Positions 25,166-40,176 of a DNA stretch of 64,000 bases are shown piece after piece. The notes below the pieces were generated by a model. The model saw only the letters and a list, made by a program, of their open reading frames with translations. It was not told where the DNA came from and searched no databases. Both the position numbers and the translations under genes were made by a program. Source of the stretch: Octopus vulgaris (Eukaryota); contig OX597825.1 of the NCBI GenBank assembly GCA_951406725.2, forward strand, positions 10,912,001-10,976,000, written 5' to 3'. How positions within the stretch are numbered: position 1 is the first letter of the stretch; each line of letters begins with the position of its first letter.

Positions 25166-26096
25166 AGATACCTCACATCAGCTCAACTGATGAGAAGGTC
25201 ACAGAGAGTGGGTAACCTCAGTCTGGAATATGCAGATAGCAATTGTCATGCAGGATGTTAAGCCTTAAATATCATTGGTTCTGATGATGCACCTTCAAGT
25301 GAAACAGTTCCCCCAACATCGCTTGACAACCGATGCTGGTGTGTTTGCATCCCTGTAACTTAGCAGTTCGGCAAAAGAGACCAATAGAATAAGTACTAGG
25401 CTTACAAAGAATAAGTCCTGGGGTTGATTTGCTCTACTAAAGACTGTGCTCCAGCATGGCCACAGTCAAATGACTGAAACAAGTAAAAGAGTATACGTAT
25501 GTATGTTTGTATGTATGTACACACATTCATATCAGTGTAAGAGGGAAAATTTATGAAATAGAATAGAAATACTCTCTGGTATTTATGCTTGATTGAGTTA
25601 TTTCCTCTTCCACCAATGTCAACTTTGCATTCCATGTCTTACAAGAATGGTAAAATAAACACCAGGCAAGTAGAAGCTCAAATAATCCTCTAAAACCCTT
25701 GAAAGCAGTCCTCCAATAAATCTGAGGTAAGCAACAACCATCTCAGTAGATTATAGATGTCCATGAAAAGAATAATAATGTTGGTGGGATGGTTTTGTTG
25801 AGCATAACTATGTGGTTAAGAAATTCACTTCACTGTCACATAGTTCAGTGATCATTCTTACTGTATGGTATCTTAGGTAAAATATTGACCCCAACCTTAG
25901 GTTGACCAATGCCTTGTGAACAGAATTTAAAAAGCAGAAATTGTTTGGAAGCCTGCTGTATTTTATATATATGTATATATATTGTCATCATCATATCTTT
26001 TAATGTCCATTTTCCAAGTTGGCATGGGTTGGACAGTTTGATAGGAGCTGGCAAACCATTCATCACGGTCTGTTTTTACTATTCTTCACTGGCATA

Positions 26097-26183
26097 CGGT
26101 TTGATGCCCTTCCTAATGCCCTTTTAACGGTTTGATGCCCTTCCTAATGCCCTTTTAACGGTTTGATGCCCTTCCTAATGCCT
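26097..26183 (+). repeat. 31-bp tandem repeat x~3 inside a SINE remnant
   Basis: CGGTTTGATGCCCTTCCTAATGCCCTTTTAA repeated. Confidence 0.85.
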
Positions 26184-28029
26184 AATGCCAACCACCTTAC
26201 AGACTGTACTGAGTGCTTTTTACATGGCACCAGCACTGGTGAGGTTTACTTTGACATGGTTTTTACAGCTGGATGCCCTTCTAAATGCTGACTGCTTTAC
26301 AGTGTGGACTGGATACTATTTATGTGGCACTAAGTTGCTCATAAAACAAAGATCCTTTGAGAAGCAGAGTGGTCAGGCTATTTAGATTAAAGAATTCAAA
26401 GTTAGAAGTCTGAAAATCTTGTGTTCTTCAGCTATAGCCTCTAGCGATATTTTCCTCTGCACTGAGTTGTAGACACTCCCTTCTTGAACTAGTGAATTGC
26501 TTGTTGGATATGTGTAACCAATGATGCTATTGTTCTCAAATTAAGTTTTTTTTTTCTTGTCTGGTTGGACATCCATTCTATTGTTAACCACTGAACCATG
26601 AAGTAGGGATTAATGTTGATTTGTATTTTGTCAGAGGCATGACATGTGGCTGAAGGAAATATAAAGTCACAGCATTGCTGAGGAAAAAAAAAAGAAAAGA
26701 GAGAGAACAGAAAATATTTTTTTATTTAATATTTCAGCTTTAATATGCTAGAGGGAAATGTGAACTTTTGACTATACAAACAGATTTAATTCAAAATGCT
26801 AGCCTGACACACATCTTGTCTTATAATGAATCAACAAAAAAAAAAAAAAGAAAAAAAAAAGAAAAGAGAAATAGAAAGTAAGTAAAGAGATATATCAAAA
26901 GTGTAGTTTTTAAGAAGTTTGCTTCCCAACCATGTGGTCTTGGGTTCAGTTCTAGTGCACAGCTCCTTGGACAAGTGTCTTCTACTACAGCACCAGGCAG
27001 ACTAAATCCTTGTGAGTGGATTTGGTAAACAGGGACTGAAAGGAGCCCATCACACACATCTGGGTGTGTGTGTTTTGTGTTTGTTCCCCACGATTGCTTG
27101 GAAACTGGTGTTGGTTTGTTTATGACCCTAGTTCAGTGAAATAGACGGAAAGAATAAGTACCAGGCTTTAAAAAAATGTACTTGGGTAAATTTTTTGACT
27201 AAATCTTTCAAAGGTGGAACCCCAGCATGGCTGCAGTCCAATGACTGAAACAAGTATAAGGTAAAAGAAAATATGTAACTACAAGGGATTTTGTAGATTA
27301 AAAACATATTCAAGGACATTCTATCAGGGTTTCCTGTAGCTGTCTGCAGGTCACTGAAAGGGTTTATCGGAAGACTGTGAATTATAAAAGTACAATAACT
27401 TAATGAAATTGAAATATCAGGTCTTTAGTTCAAATTACACTACTTCAATTCATGTAACCGTTTTGAATTTGGTATACAATAAATAAAAATCTCCATAATA
27501 GGCTAGCATTTTATCCAAGGTGTATTTTATCTGTTCTTTGTTTAATGTCTTAAAAAAGGAGAGCTGAGTACTGAGGTTCAAATCTACCGCAGAGCTTTGG
27601 AGATATTTTTTGAAAAATATTTTGACATAATATTTCCTTCTGGTACTTGATTATAACTTGATAGTTTGGTTAATTAAGAATACAGTATAATGCTAATGAC
27701 TATTAAAAAAAATGATTTTATTGATTCGTTAAACAGCCAAGACTCTTTCTTTTCCTTAGTGTTGTTTTAAAATAACAGTGTGATGGCATAAGTTACAATG
27801 ATTTGCAAACAGTGACTCAGACAGAAAAATTTAAATTTGCTTCAATAAGTGCAATGAAAGCAGAATATGTTTTCAGAAGTGGTTGATCAATGTGCAGATA
27901 TTAGCAAAGTTAGCAAAGTGACGCATGACTAGGTACGCAGAAGGGTTGAACTTCTTCCCTTTGGTTAAAAGATTAGCATCTTAATCATTCTGTCTCTGCA
28001 CTTTATTAATTAATACTATATTTTGTCAT

Positions 28030-28540
<511 letters not shown>

Positions 28541-28752
28541 AACCTTGAATATGTATATATCAGTGTGCATATATTATTTGATTTTCTTTTGTGTTTGATA
28601 AGCACTGGATTATTTATAATAAACTGTAAAGAAGAAGAATAACTTCCCTATTACAATGTGTAAGTAATGATATTAATTTTTATATCAAAGTTTGTAAATA
28701 TGGAATAAAAATAAATTTAAAAGTAAATTGTTTCATTTCTCTCTTTCTCTTT

Positions 28753-28958
28753 CTCTTTTACTTATTTCAGTCATTTGACTGTGACCATGCTGGAGCACCA
28801 CCTTTTAGTCGAGCAACTCGACCTCGGGACTTATTCTTTGTAAGCCCAGTACTTATTCTATCGGTCTCTTTTGCCGAACCACTAAGTGACGGGGACATAA
28901 ACACACCAGCATCGGTTGTCAAGCAATGTTGGGGGGACAAACACAGACACACAAACAT

Positions 28959-29005
<47 letters not shown>

Positions 29006-29169
29006 CATGACGGGCTTCTTCCAGTTTCTGTCTACCAAATCCACTCACAAGGCTTTGGTCGGCCCGAGGCTATAGTGAAAGACACTTGCCCAGGTGCCAC
29101 GCAGTGGGACTGAACCCGGAACCATGTGGTTGGTAAGCAAGCTACTTACCACACAGCCACTCCTGCACC
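28753..29169 (-). mobile_element. SINE family A, full length
   Basis: Reverse complement of the 14550-14968 element. Confidence 0.85.
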
Positions 29170-29459
29170 TATTTATTCATGTACCATGTGACATATTGGG
29201 TGCAAAGGTAACTTTCTGTTTTAACACTTTGCTTGTTGTGCGTATCAGATATGATACACAGGACATATTTCCCTGGTGTTCATACATCATATGTGATACG
29301 CATTCCCTACTGTTTTCAACCACCAGAGCAACTCGGATCTTATGAGAAGAAAACTGTTCATTACTCAGTCTGAAATCAAACATGGGTATTTAGGACAAAC
29401 TTATGAAAATTATTTGGACAGTCAAAGGGCTAAAATTTAAACAAAAATAACTTTTTTAG

Positions 29460-29960
29460 TAATAATAATAATAATAATGAAATTATTGTATACAGTGCTT
29501 AGGTGCACCACAACTTGTCAAAAAGTGCGTATAAAGTATATGCAGTAATGTACAAACGTCTGGAAAGCGAACAATGTATGAGTCAGATACATGCTTGCAT
29601 GTGTATGGAGGGGAGAAAATCAGGTTTAGTTTTGGCGAATCTCAGAAAGCATGGAAGTTTTGAAGGATGCAGTGCTCTGACAACTAACAACTGATGCTGG
29701 CAGTTTGTTCCATGCTTCAGCAACTCTCAGCATGAAAAAATGTTTCCGAAAGTCATGGGATCTGTGCTGTTTTCTGACTTTGTAAATATGTCCACGGGTG
29801 TTAGACGGGTGGAGTTTAAAAAGGTGCTCAGAGTTATTGTTTGTAATATTGTTGTAATATTGATGTTGGAGCTTGGAAATTACTGTGAACTTATCATGCA
29901 TCCCATAAATGTCTTCCATTTTCAACTTTTCAGAGTCTAAGCATTTCTAGGAATTGTTCT
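29460..29960 (-). mobile_element. CR1/L2-type LINE 3' fragment
   Basis: HLFKLHPSNTRGHIYKVRK..FRKHFFMLRVAEAWNKLPASVV motif; (TAT)n tail. Copies at 49292-49657(+) and 63121-63470(-). Confidence 0.8.
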
Positions 29961-30440
29961 TTAACTGTTCCTTATGTATCTAGCTCAAGTGCTCTCACTT
30001 ACTGTTGAATATTGTTATTCTTCAGTTCTTGGTGTTTTTGTTTTTTTTTGGTGGTGGGTGTACAAACACTTTCTTTAACTCTCTAGCATTTAAACTGTCC
30101 ATTTCCGGTCAAAATATTCTACCTGCTTTGTGTTCAAATTTGCCAGTTCTAACCCCTCACACTTACCCTACAATGCCATTCTGAAAACAGACTACCACAT
30201 CATCAAACTCTTGAAGCTACAAGATACTCTTTTACTTCTTTCAGTCATTTGACTGTGGCCATGCTGGAGCACTGTCTTTAGTCAAGCAAATCGACTGCAG
30301 GACTTATTCTTTGTAAGCCTAGTACTTATTCTATCGGTCTCTTTTGCTGAACCGCTAAGTTACGGGGACGTAAACACACCAGCATCGGTTGTCAAGCGAT
30401 GTTGGGGGAACAAACACAGACACACAAACATATACACACA

Positions 30441-30506
<66 letters not shown>

Positions 30507-30575
30507 AAGTTAATCCAAACATGAAAACACAAAGAGAAAACACAACAACGCGAGGACGTGGAACAAGTATAGTGT

Positions 30576-30615
<40 letters not shown>

Positions 30616-30951
30616 GACAGGCTTCTTTCAGTTTCCATCTACCAAATCCACTCACAAGGCTTTGGTCGACCCGAGGCTACAGTAGAAGACACTTGCCCAT
30701 GATTATTTCAAAACAATGTGAATACATAAGCATTGCACTTAACAGAATAATCTAAATGCTAAAGGATTAAGATAATCCAAGATCTAAAATCCAAGAGTGC
30801 TCACATCTAAAATGAGCGGTGACTTTTGTGCTGGCTTAATTATGCACAACTCAAGTTAGAGAAGTGGTGTGTATTATACACAATGTTTAGGTTTTACAGA
30901 GGTACAGCCCCTAAAAATCCCCTGCTTATTATATTCAAGGGCGGACTATAC

Positions 30952-31739
30952 TCTCTTTTACTCTTTTACTTGTTTCAGTCATTTGACTGCGGCCATGCTG
31001 GAGCACCGCCTTTAGTCGAGCAACTTGACCCCAGGACTTATTCTTTGTAAACCTAGTACTTATTCTATCGGTCTCTTTTGCTGAACCGCTAAGTTACGGG
31101 ACGTAAACACACCAACATCGGTTGTCAAGCGATGTTGGGGGGACAAACACAGACACACAAACATATATATATATACACAGCGCCGCCCCAACTGGCCTCC
31201 GTGCCGGTGGCACGTTAAAGCACCATCCGTTCATGTCCGTTGCCAGCCTCACCTGGCTCCCATGCCGGTGGCACGTAGCACCATCCGTTCGTGGCCGTTG
31301 CCAGCCTGGCCTGGCCTCCGTGCCGGTGTCACGTAAAAGCACCATCTGTTTGTGGCCGTTTGCCAGCTCCGTCTGGCACCTGTGCGGGTGGCACGTAAAA
31401 AGCACCCACTACACTCACGGTGTGGTTGGCATTAGGAAGGGCATCCAGCCGTAGAAACACTGCCAGATCAGACTGGGCCTGATGCAGCCTTCTGGCTTCA
31501 CAGACCCCAGTTGAACCGTCCAACCCATGCTAGTATGGAAAGCGGACGCTAAATGATGATGATGATGATGATGATACGACGGGCTTCTTTCAGTTTCCGT
31601 CTACCAAATCCACTCATAAGGCTTTGGTCGGCCCGAGGCTATAGTAGAAGACACTTGCCCAAGGTGCCACGCAGTGGGACTGAACCCAGAACAATGTGGT
31701 TAGTAAGCAAGCTACTTACCACACAGCCATTCCTACGCC
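30952..31739 (-). mobile_element. SINE family A split by a + strand family C element (31180-31574)
   Basis: The family A halves flank a family C insertion placed in the internal TA microsatellite. Confidence 0.8.
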
Positions 31740-32309
31740 TTGAGGATTTACGGTATTACATATGAGACTTTTTAACGTTTCACTCTCTTTCTCTCACTTT
31801 GTTTATATGCGTGATTCTGTTTTCCTTTGCGTATGAGGAGAAGGAAGAAGTGTTTATGTCTTTTGTGTTCAATGAATAAATTTTAATGTTTCTGTCTCTC
31901 TTTCGATCTGCAAGTATTTATTTCTGCATGTGCACCTATGTGTGTTTACCTCTAGAGCCAATAACACACCGTTGCCAAAGCAGTTTGAATATTCAGTCAG
32001 CCATGCCAAATTTTTCAGTGTCCAAACAATTGCAGCCAATCATTTCATTCCACAGATCTTGGATCAAATTCGAACAAGGCAGTGGATCATCAAAATCATT
32101 AAAGCTATGGAAAAACAGCTGCAGTGTTTATGGTTGCTTACGTTCAGAGCTCAAATGTTGTCAAGGTCAACTTGGCTTTTTTATCCATTCGGAAAGATCA
32201 ATAATCTAAACTTTCATGTAGTATGCTTGATTTAATATTCCTATAAAACATATAAAAGAGATTATGATTGACTTGCACTATATACAGCATATACAGCTGC
32301 GTGTGTGTG

Positions 32310-32620
32310 CACATACAGGCGAGTACTGTCCAAATCTCTGACCAATCACATACAGCTAGCTGGCATTCAATTGGCGTATCAAGTTTCGGGCATTTTGATT
32401 GGGTTTTGGATAGAAAATTCAAAAAAAAGTCACTTCTGTTAATTTTTGAATGGCTTTGCAGGGTGAATCGGGAAATGTAAAGATGTGCACGACCACCCTT
32501 GGACGGTTTTGAATGACCATAGAAAGTGCGGAAAGTGCAAGCACTCTAACTGAAAAATTGTGGATTTGTATAAAGGACACACATGCAGACAGACTTTTGT
32601 CGTTTATATATATAGAGAAG
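32310..32620 (-). mobile_element. Non-autonomous Helitron fragment
   Basis: The minus strand starts TCTTCTCTATATATATAAACG..GTCTGTCTG, a typical Helitron 5' end. The 3' end is unclear. Confidence 0.5.
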
Positions 32621-32882
32621 ATTAAGATTTGAAATCACTTTGGAAATATGTAATCTTATGACTAAGTGAATTATGATGAGGGCAGGGGGTGGTAGAATTG
32701 GTAGAGCAGTGGACAAAATGCCTTGTGGTATTTGACTATGTTATTTAATATTAGGAAATTAAAAATCCCCTTGAATTCAGAAAATTAAGCACTAGTCAAA
32801 TCCTGGGGAATAAATTTCATTAACAATAACTACCCCACAAAAATTTTAGCTGTATACCCAAGGTATAAGCTGCTATCATTTA

Positions 32883-32919
<37 letters not shown>

Positions 32920-33082
32920 GGTAGCAAGCTGGCAGAATTGTTAGCAGGTTGGTATTCCATTTGTCACTACATTCTGAGTTCAAATACCGCTGTGGTCGAC
33001 GTTGCCTTTCATCGTTTCGGGGTCAATGTAATCAAGTATACCCCTCCCACAAATTTCAGGCCTTGTACCTATAGTAGAAAGG

Positions 33083-33147
<65 letters not shown>

Positions 33148-34574
33148 CTACCCTCTAACTGTATTTCTCCTCTGTTTTCCTTCTTGGGTAGCCAAGTATC
33201 TTCTCTAAAGTAAGACACCTACTTCCACCCCACTATTATACTCTAACCTCTCAACCTGGCACAGGGCCACTTCCTGCCATTCCACTTCCTCTCCCAATTG
33301 AGAGGTCTTCATCTTGCAAGTCACTTGGTGACCCCACTGATGTTGATGCCTTGTAAAAAGGCACAAGTGCTGGTGCCACATAAAAAGCATCCAGCACACT
33401 CTGTAAAGTTGTTAGCGTTAGGAAAAACATCCAGCCATGGAAACCATGCCAAAGCAGATAAAAGGCCGAGTTGACCTTGGCAGCATTTGAGCTCCGAATG
33501 TAAACAGCCATAAATACTTCAGCTGTTTTGTCCACTGCTTTAACGATCCATTTTTTTGTGCAGTTTTCTGGCTTGCCAGCTCTGGTCAAGCTGTCCAGCA
33601 CATGCTGGCATGGAAGACATATGTTGTTTGATGATGGTTAGGATAACAAAGGCTTTGGACTAGCCGAGGCATTAGAGAAGTGGACGAAAAGATTTTGCGG
33701 TATTTGTTCTGGTACTTTACATACTAAGTTCAAATCTCACCAAGGACAACATTGGGACCTTTTCACTTTGACCGGCAGATTTAAAAAATAATTTCTTTGT
33801 AACTAAACACTTTTAAACTTCGTATACTGGTAGAATGTGTTACATAAAACATCTTTTTCTTTTGGCTTTCTTGAACAAATTCTGTAGTTTGTAAGCTATT
33901 TGTTGTTAAATTTCTTGCATTTCGGCAATTTCAACCAATCAATGCCTTTATCCTCCTAGATTCAATATTGCAATGGATATCATTGATTGTTCCTTCCCTC
34001 TAAATTCCTGACCTTGTGTGTCTTGTTAGAAGTTATCAGAATACTGGAATGGCAGAATTGTCACAGTGTCGAACAAAATATCTTGCAGCATTTGTTATGG
34101 TTCTTCATATTCTGAGTTCAAATTTTAATGTGTTAAACTTGGCTTTTCAACATTCCATAATAATTCTTATCAAATACTGGATTGATAAGATCACCCAATT
34201 TCTTCCATCCAATTTCTGGCAGTGTGTCTATGTTAAAAATCATTATTAGAATGGTTTGATAAAAAAAAAAGAGAGAGAAAAAAAAGGTAAAAACAAACAA
34301 GCAAACAGCAATATACTGACAGTTGATTCATTGATTATGCATCCTTTGTTAACATTTGTGGCTTTGTGCCAATATGAAAATCATTATTGCTGTATTTACC
34401 ATGGAAAGATAAATCTTGAAGAAAATTCTGTTTGATTAGTTATAATATTTATTTACCTCTGATGTTAGCTTTGTTGTGTACTTTATGCTTATTATAGTAA
34501 GGAAAGGGGACAGAAACTTAATTGTTTTATACAATTGTATATACAGAGATAGAAAGATAAACAGATAGATAGAA

Positions 34575-34612
<38 letters not shown>

Positions 34613-34727
34613 TAGAAAAAAACACCTTTTATATTATATTTTGTGAAATTTGATTTAGTATTTTAGTATTTCTAAATTGAATTTTTCCCTGTAAGTTAGG
34701 AATAATATTCCCTCAAATTATATATAT

Positions 34728-34930
34728 AGTTAATCCAAACAAGAAAGCACAAAAAAACACAACAACGCGAGGACGTGGAACAAATATAGTATTATTGGAC
34801 GCTCAGGAAAGATGGAAAGAAGGAGGGTTTAACATTTCGAGCGGAGCTCTTCGTCGGAAACATAGGAGAAGGAAAGATCCAGAGAAGGGAAGACAGAGGA
34901 AAAAAAATCACCAACGGTACACACAAGGTC
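34728..34930 (-). mobile_element. Penelope-like remnant carrying a minimal hammerhead variant (34827-34861)
   Basis: Minus strand GTTT-CCGACGAA-GAGC-TCC-GCTC-GAAATGTT-AAAC. The 5' flank is shared with 30508-30578, and the element is embedded in TA/GACA microsatellites. Confidence 0.5.
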
Positions 34931-34934
34931 AGAC

Positions 34935-35054
<120 letters not shown>

Positions 35055-35257
35055 TGATAAAACTCTTTATATTTGTGTATGTATGAGGGTTGCATGGTTG
35101 GGCTGTTGGTGACCCAAACTGGCAACACTATAAAAAAACAAGGAGAGACCAGAAATGGACAATGTAGATTAGGGGTTATTTTTCATTCAGAGAAACAAAG
35201 GTATGAAAAATTATGTTAAAAAAAGTATCTTTCTATAGAAATAAAAATCTGTGAAGG

Positions 35258-35407
35258 CACTAGCATAGCTAGAGTGTGTGCCGCCTGGGGTGGCCCTTCA
35301 ATTTGCTGCCCCCAGACCACACAAAAAACACATATTTCCTACAGTAAACTCAAAAGTGCCACCTGGGGTGGACCACCCCTACTGCCCACCCCCTAGCTAT
35401 GCTAATG
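35258..35407. mobile_element. hAT-like MITE
   Basis: Perfect 8-bp TSD TGTGAAGG (35250-35257, 35408-35415); TIR CACTAGCATAGCTAG...CTAGCTATGCTAATG. Confidence 0.85.
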
Positions 35408-35781
35408 TGTGAAGGTCAAGGTGATGAGTAAATTAGCAGAATCAGATATGTTCATCTCTATTAGCAGCCACAGCATTGTGCAATTAAGGATTTTGTTGAT
35501 TTATTTCAGTTCTTCTCTTGACAAAATCTACCAGCATCCAGTCTGAGGGATAGATTTATCTTTTATGTACCTAACACTATGAAAACTATGGGACCCTTGT
35601 GATTTGGAAAATGATTAACACTAATGTTTTATGTAGATGTTTTTTATTTTGTATAGATTTATGTTTTAATTTCTTTTATAACAAATGGCCAAATAATTCT
35701 AGATTAATCCCTTTACTAAAGTATTGGGAATAAATACTGGAATTTCAGGAAATGTTGAGATAGACTGGCTGTCTATACAAT

Positions 35782-35816
<35 letters not shown>

Positions 35817-36419
35817 TAATCCCTTCACTCTCTAGAGCCCAAAGCTAAACACCAGCTTTTTGATGTACCTCTGTAGTTTGAGACAACATTAAAAAAATAC
35901 AAGGAAAAAAAACCCCATGACAAACTAAACACTGTGTTAGTAATTAATCCCTAACAACAGGAATGATTGAATTGTCTAGGTAACATAACTCACCCTTTTA
36001 GTTCTAGCGACTATTCACTAAAGTTCATAATATTTGTTTTAGGATTTTGCTTTTTCTGTGTCAATGCTTTCATTACACTGGAAGTGCAGAGGTAATGTTT
36101 TCAAATACACTTCGTTGCAGAGATGTGAATGAAAGAAAAACTAAAAGGCAAAGGAAGGCAAAAGAATGTTCTGGGTTTGCCAATGACCTTATCATTAACG
36201 CAATCCTATAAAATATTTTTTTTTATTGTTCCAAGGTATGTTATTTACCTGAAGATTATGGATTATGAAGTTATACTTCGTTTCCAAGAAGACATGTTTA
36301 GCTATACTTCGATTTAAGTAGATTAGTACATAACCTGTCCTTTGGAGGCGATTGGGCTACGTCTATATATATATGAATGAATGAGTTAATGTATGTATGT
36401 ATGTATGTATGTATGTATG

Positions 36420-36450
<31 letters not shown>

Positions 36451-36622
36451 GTATGTATGTGTGTATGTGTGTATGTGTGTGTGTATGTATGTATGTATGT
36501 ATGTATGTATCTTTGCATGTATGTATGTATGTATATATGTATGCATCTTTGCATGCCTATTTGTATGTATGTATATATGAATGAATGTAAACACTCCATC
36601 TCACCAGCGTCTTAATTCTTTA

Positions 36623-37017
36623 TCTCTCTCTATATATAAAGCTGAAGTTGTCTGTGTATGGCAGGTTTGGTAGCCTTCAACTAACATTATCTCCTCTGAG
36701 ACCCTGTGGCGCAAGTTGACCAAAATTGAGGGTATGATAGAAGAAGGCTTGCTCTTCATTCTGTAGAAGAAAAAATTCAAATCGGACCATGTTAACACCA
36801 AAAATCATTTACATCAAAAAGGTGCATTTTTTCTATGAAAATCCCTATTTTTTACGATTTTTTTTACTGCTGTGTCGCCATTTTTCGGTGTATTTCAACC
36901 AGAAAAATGTTCCCTTAAAGAGAATAACAAGCTACATAATGCAAACTGTTTACTTTTCAAAAATTCCAATTCTAAAGGGTCGAAACAAACCCGAGCAACG
37001 CCGGGTGATACTGCAAG
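36623..37017 (+). mobile_element. Non-autonomous Helitron
   Basis: A|TC start with TCTCTCTCTATATATAAA; subterminal hairpin CCCG..CGGG; ends CAAG|T (one change from CTAG). Confidence 0.7.
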
Positions 37018-37289
37018 TCATTTGATATACACAACAGAGAAAACTGCCAATTTTTGTTGTTGTTGTGTATTACAGTTCTTAAGGTTGTGTCTTCACTATC
37101 ACTGATTGTTTTACAATTTGAACTAAGTACATTTTATTGTGCCACCAGTACTGACTCTGTACCAGGATAGAATCTCATCTTTCTCATCTAATACATACAT
37201 AGACTGCCATAAAATATTTTTGCATAAATATGAGAGAAAATGAGGCTTTATAAACAGTTGAATGAATTGTGACAAGAGACTCAGAATTA

Positions 37290-37766
37290 TGACATATTGA
37301 GCTTCTGTTGATAGTTGTGTGTCAGCGACTCCTGTGCAGGTGGCAAGTAAAGAAACACCGTTTTGACCCTGTGCTTGAGGAGATCCATTGAGTCAAGGAC
37401 ACAAACATCAAAGGTCAATGGAAACTGCAGTTGTGAAACCTGTGCCGGTGGCATGTAAAAAGCACCATCCGAACGTGGCCGATGCCAGCACCACCTAGAC
37501 TGGCTTATGTGCCGGTGGCACGTAAAAAGCACCAATCTGATTGTGGTCGTTGCCAGCCTCGCCTGGCACCTGTGCCGGTGGCACGTAAAAAGCACCCACT
37601 ACACTCTCGGAGTGGTTGGCATTAGGAAGGGCATCCAGCTGTAGAAACACTGCCAGATCAGACTGGAGCCTGGTGCAGCCTTCTGGCTTCCCAGATCCCC
37701 GATCAAACCGTCCAACCCATGCTAGCATGGAGAACGGATGTTAAACGATGATGATGATGATGATGA
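37290..37766 (+). mobile_element. SINE-like family C (GTGCCGGTGGCACGTAAAAGCACC internal repeats, (TGA)n tail)
   Basis: Shares AGGAAGGGCATCCAGCTGTAGAAAC...AACCGTCCAACCCATGCTAGCATGG with copies at 31180-31574, 38360-38612, 49786-50265, 53398-53605, 54577-55056 and 60137-60413(-). Confidence 0.8.
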
Positions 37767-39253
37767 CTGCAATTCTGAGTGGATGTTATAACAATCTAAC
37801 CCTTTGAGCATAATGACACTGTACAACTGGAGGTCGTACAGTGCCAGATGGAACCATTCTGTCAATGACTTTGAAAGATAACAATATCTTTCAGAGTGAC
37901 AACCGTCGTCAAAAGACAGATACAAAAGTGGCCAAAGACTGCTTTATAACAAGTTATAAAGGAATGAAGCAAAGATAATTCATTGGATGTGTGATGTCAG
38001 TGAGTGTGAATGGTAGGGCACAGGTAAGCTAAGAGGAATCAATTGTAGTGTGCAATAAAGACATTTGATGTATATGGATGATGACAGCTGGATGAAGGTG
38101 GCCATGAGATGTGGAAGGAGCCAATGGAAGAGAAATGGCAAGGAATATATGAGCAGAGGTAGTGAAGGTTGATCTCCAGATACTGAATGTCACAAAAAAG
38201 AAATGCAACAAATGCCAGGGATGTTGTATTGGAGAAGACTTGCTTTACCAATGAAAGCATAGATGTTCATCATCTTGATAATAATACACCCTCATCAACA
38301 TTTTATGTCTGTTTTCTATATTGGCATAGGTTAAACAGTTTGGCAATAATATTTTGTTGCACTGGCACGTAAAATGCACTATCCAATCGTGGCCGTTTGC
38401 CAGCCTCGTCTGGCACCTGTGCCGGTGGCACATAAAAAGCACCCACTACACTCATGGAGTGGTTGGCGTTAGGAAGGGCATCCAGCCATTGAAACATTGC
38501 CAGATCAGACTGGGCCTGGTGCAGCCTTCTGGCTTCCCAGACCCCAGTTGCACCGTCCAACCCATGCCAACATGGAAAGCGGACGCTAAACGATGATGAT
38601 GATGATGATGATATATTAATCAAAGTATACCGTACTTTAGATCCATTTCAGCTGATCTTATCAACTGGTTTCACACTGGGTACAAGGTGACCAGATGTTA
38701 GATAAAAGCGCAGTTAAGTAACACAATGTGCTCTTCAGAGATGATATTATTTAATATCCACTTATCAAATACCCAGTGTGAAGTAAATTAATAAGAGTGG
38801 CTATGATGTATCTATAATACTGTGTGATTTGATTAATATACACACACTATTTGATAAATATACAAGTGCATATTTTTTTATGACTTAGGGATTATTAGAT
38901 CACTACATGTGTACATATACGTACATGTACAGTAAGTTTAAAGCTATATTGTTTTTTTAGACAGAGGTAAAAATGCATCTTTCAGTTTGTTTCACGCACG
39001 CATATACAAACATACAACTTTGGGCATAAAGTAATTTTATACTTATATATATACACACACACACACATTCATATATTCATACATGTCTATATATGTGTGT
39101 GTATGTGTGTGTATGTGTGTGTATGTGTGTGTGTGTGTATGTATATATATATATATATATATGTAAAGGGAAAGTTTACAAAAATAAACAAAAGACGAAG
39201 GCAGGTGGTGTACAAACAGATGTATTAGTATAGCGCTCAAGAATAGAAAAAGT

Positions 39254-39289
39254 CTTTTACGTTTCGAGCCTACGCTCTTCCACAGAAAG
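39254..39289 (-). ncRNA. Minimal hammerhead variant in a Penelope-like remnant
   Basis: CTTT-CTGTGGAA-GAGC-GTAG-GCTC-GAAACGTA-AAAG. Stems I and II are intact, but the core deviates from CTGANGA. Confidence 0.45.
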
Positions 39290-39835
39290 ATACACAGAAA
39301 AGAACAAGGAGAGAAATAAATGTAAAAAAATATTAATATATAAGAAAAATATGAAAAAAAGTGAAAATGAAAGGGACAGTTTTATGAAAAGTTAAAAAGT
39401 TTGTAGACGTCTTGGTGTATTTCAAAGATTTCACATCAATAACAAAGTCACTGTGATCCGTATAGGAGAGGTGCAGCCAGAGGGTAAGTGTCCTTAAAGG
39501 TAAATATATATATATATATAAAATGTAATATGTGTGTATATTTGTGAATGTGTACAAGTGACCTTAAATAATTAAAGAATTCACCTTCATATAAACATAC
39601 CCTGTCAAAGAAATTTAATTCATTCTTGCAACAAGGGAGATTTATGGATATAAATCATGTGCTTTAAATCTATTTGACATTCGCAATTGCTTCTTTAAAG
39701 AAAAATATACTTATATAGACACAACTTATATATTCCTGTCACATCTAATGGGACGTTTGGTATTAGAAAGGTTATTTTAAACTTATATATCGTATCAACT
39801 ATGTAACAGAGTTAGAATGTTGTAGTTTATATATA

Positions 39836-39879
<44 letters not shown>

Positions 39880-39900
39880 CATATGTACATACTTACATAC

Positions 39901-39944
<44 letters not shown>

Positions 39945-39972
39945 CACATATACATATACACACACATATATA

Positions 39973-40004
<32 letters not shown>

Positions 40005-40140
40005 AGTATGTACGTATGTATGTATATATATAAATATACGTATACCTATATATACATACATATATATATATACACACACACATATATATATATACACACA
40101 CACACACATATATATATACATATATACATACATACATACA

Positions 40141-40176
<36 letters not shown>

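Noticed and set aside
25278-25312. CTGATGA...GAAAC hammerhead-like motif
   Set aside because: Stem II overlaps the GAAA box and stem I is absent, so it is too degenerate to call.
31200-31406. CRISPR-like array of palindromic GTGCCGGTGGCACGTAAAAGCACC repeats with ~35-nt spacers
   Set aside because: The spacers resemble each other, and the array is the internal tandem region of dispersed family C (also at 37440, 49890 and 54680). The context is eukaryotic and no cas genes are present.
31990-32105. Minus-strand acceptor plus short ORF FNDFDDPLPCSNLIQDLWNEM...
   Set aside because: Only 36 codons with no homology; within chance expectation.
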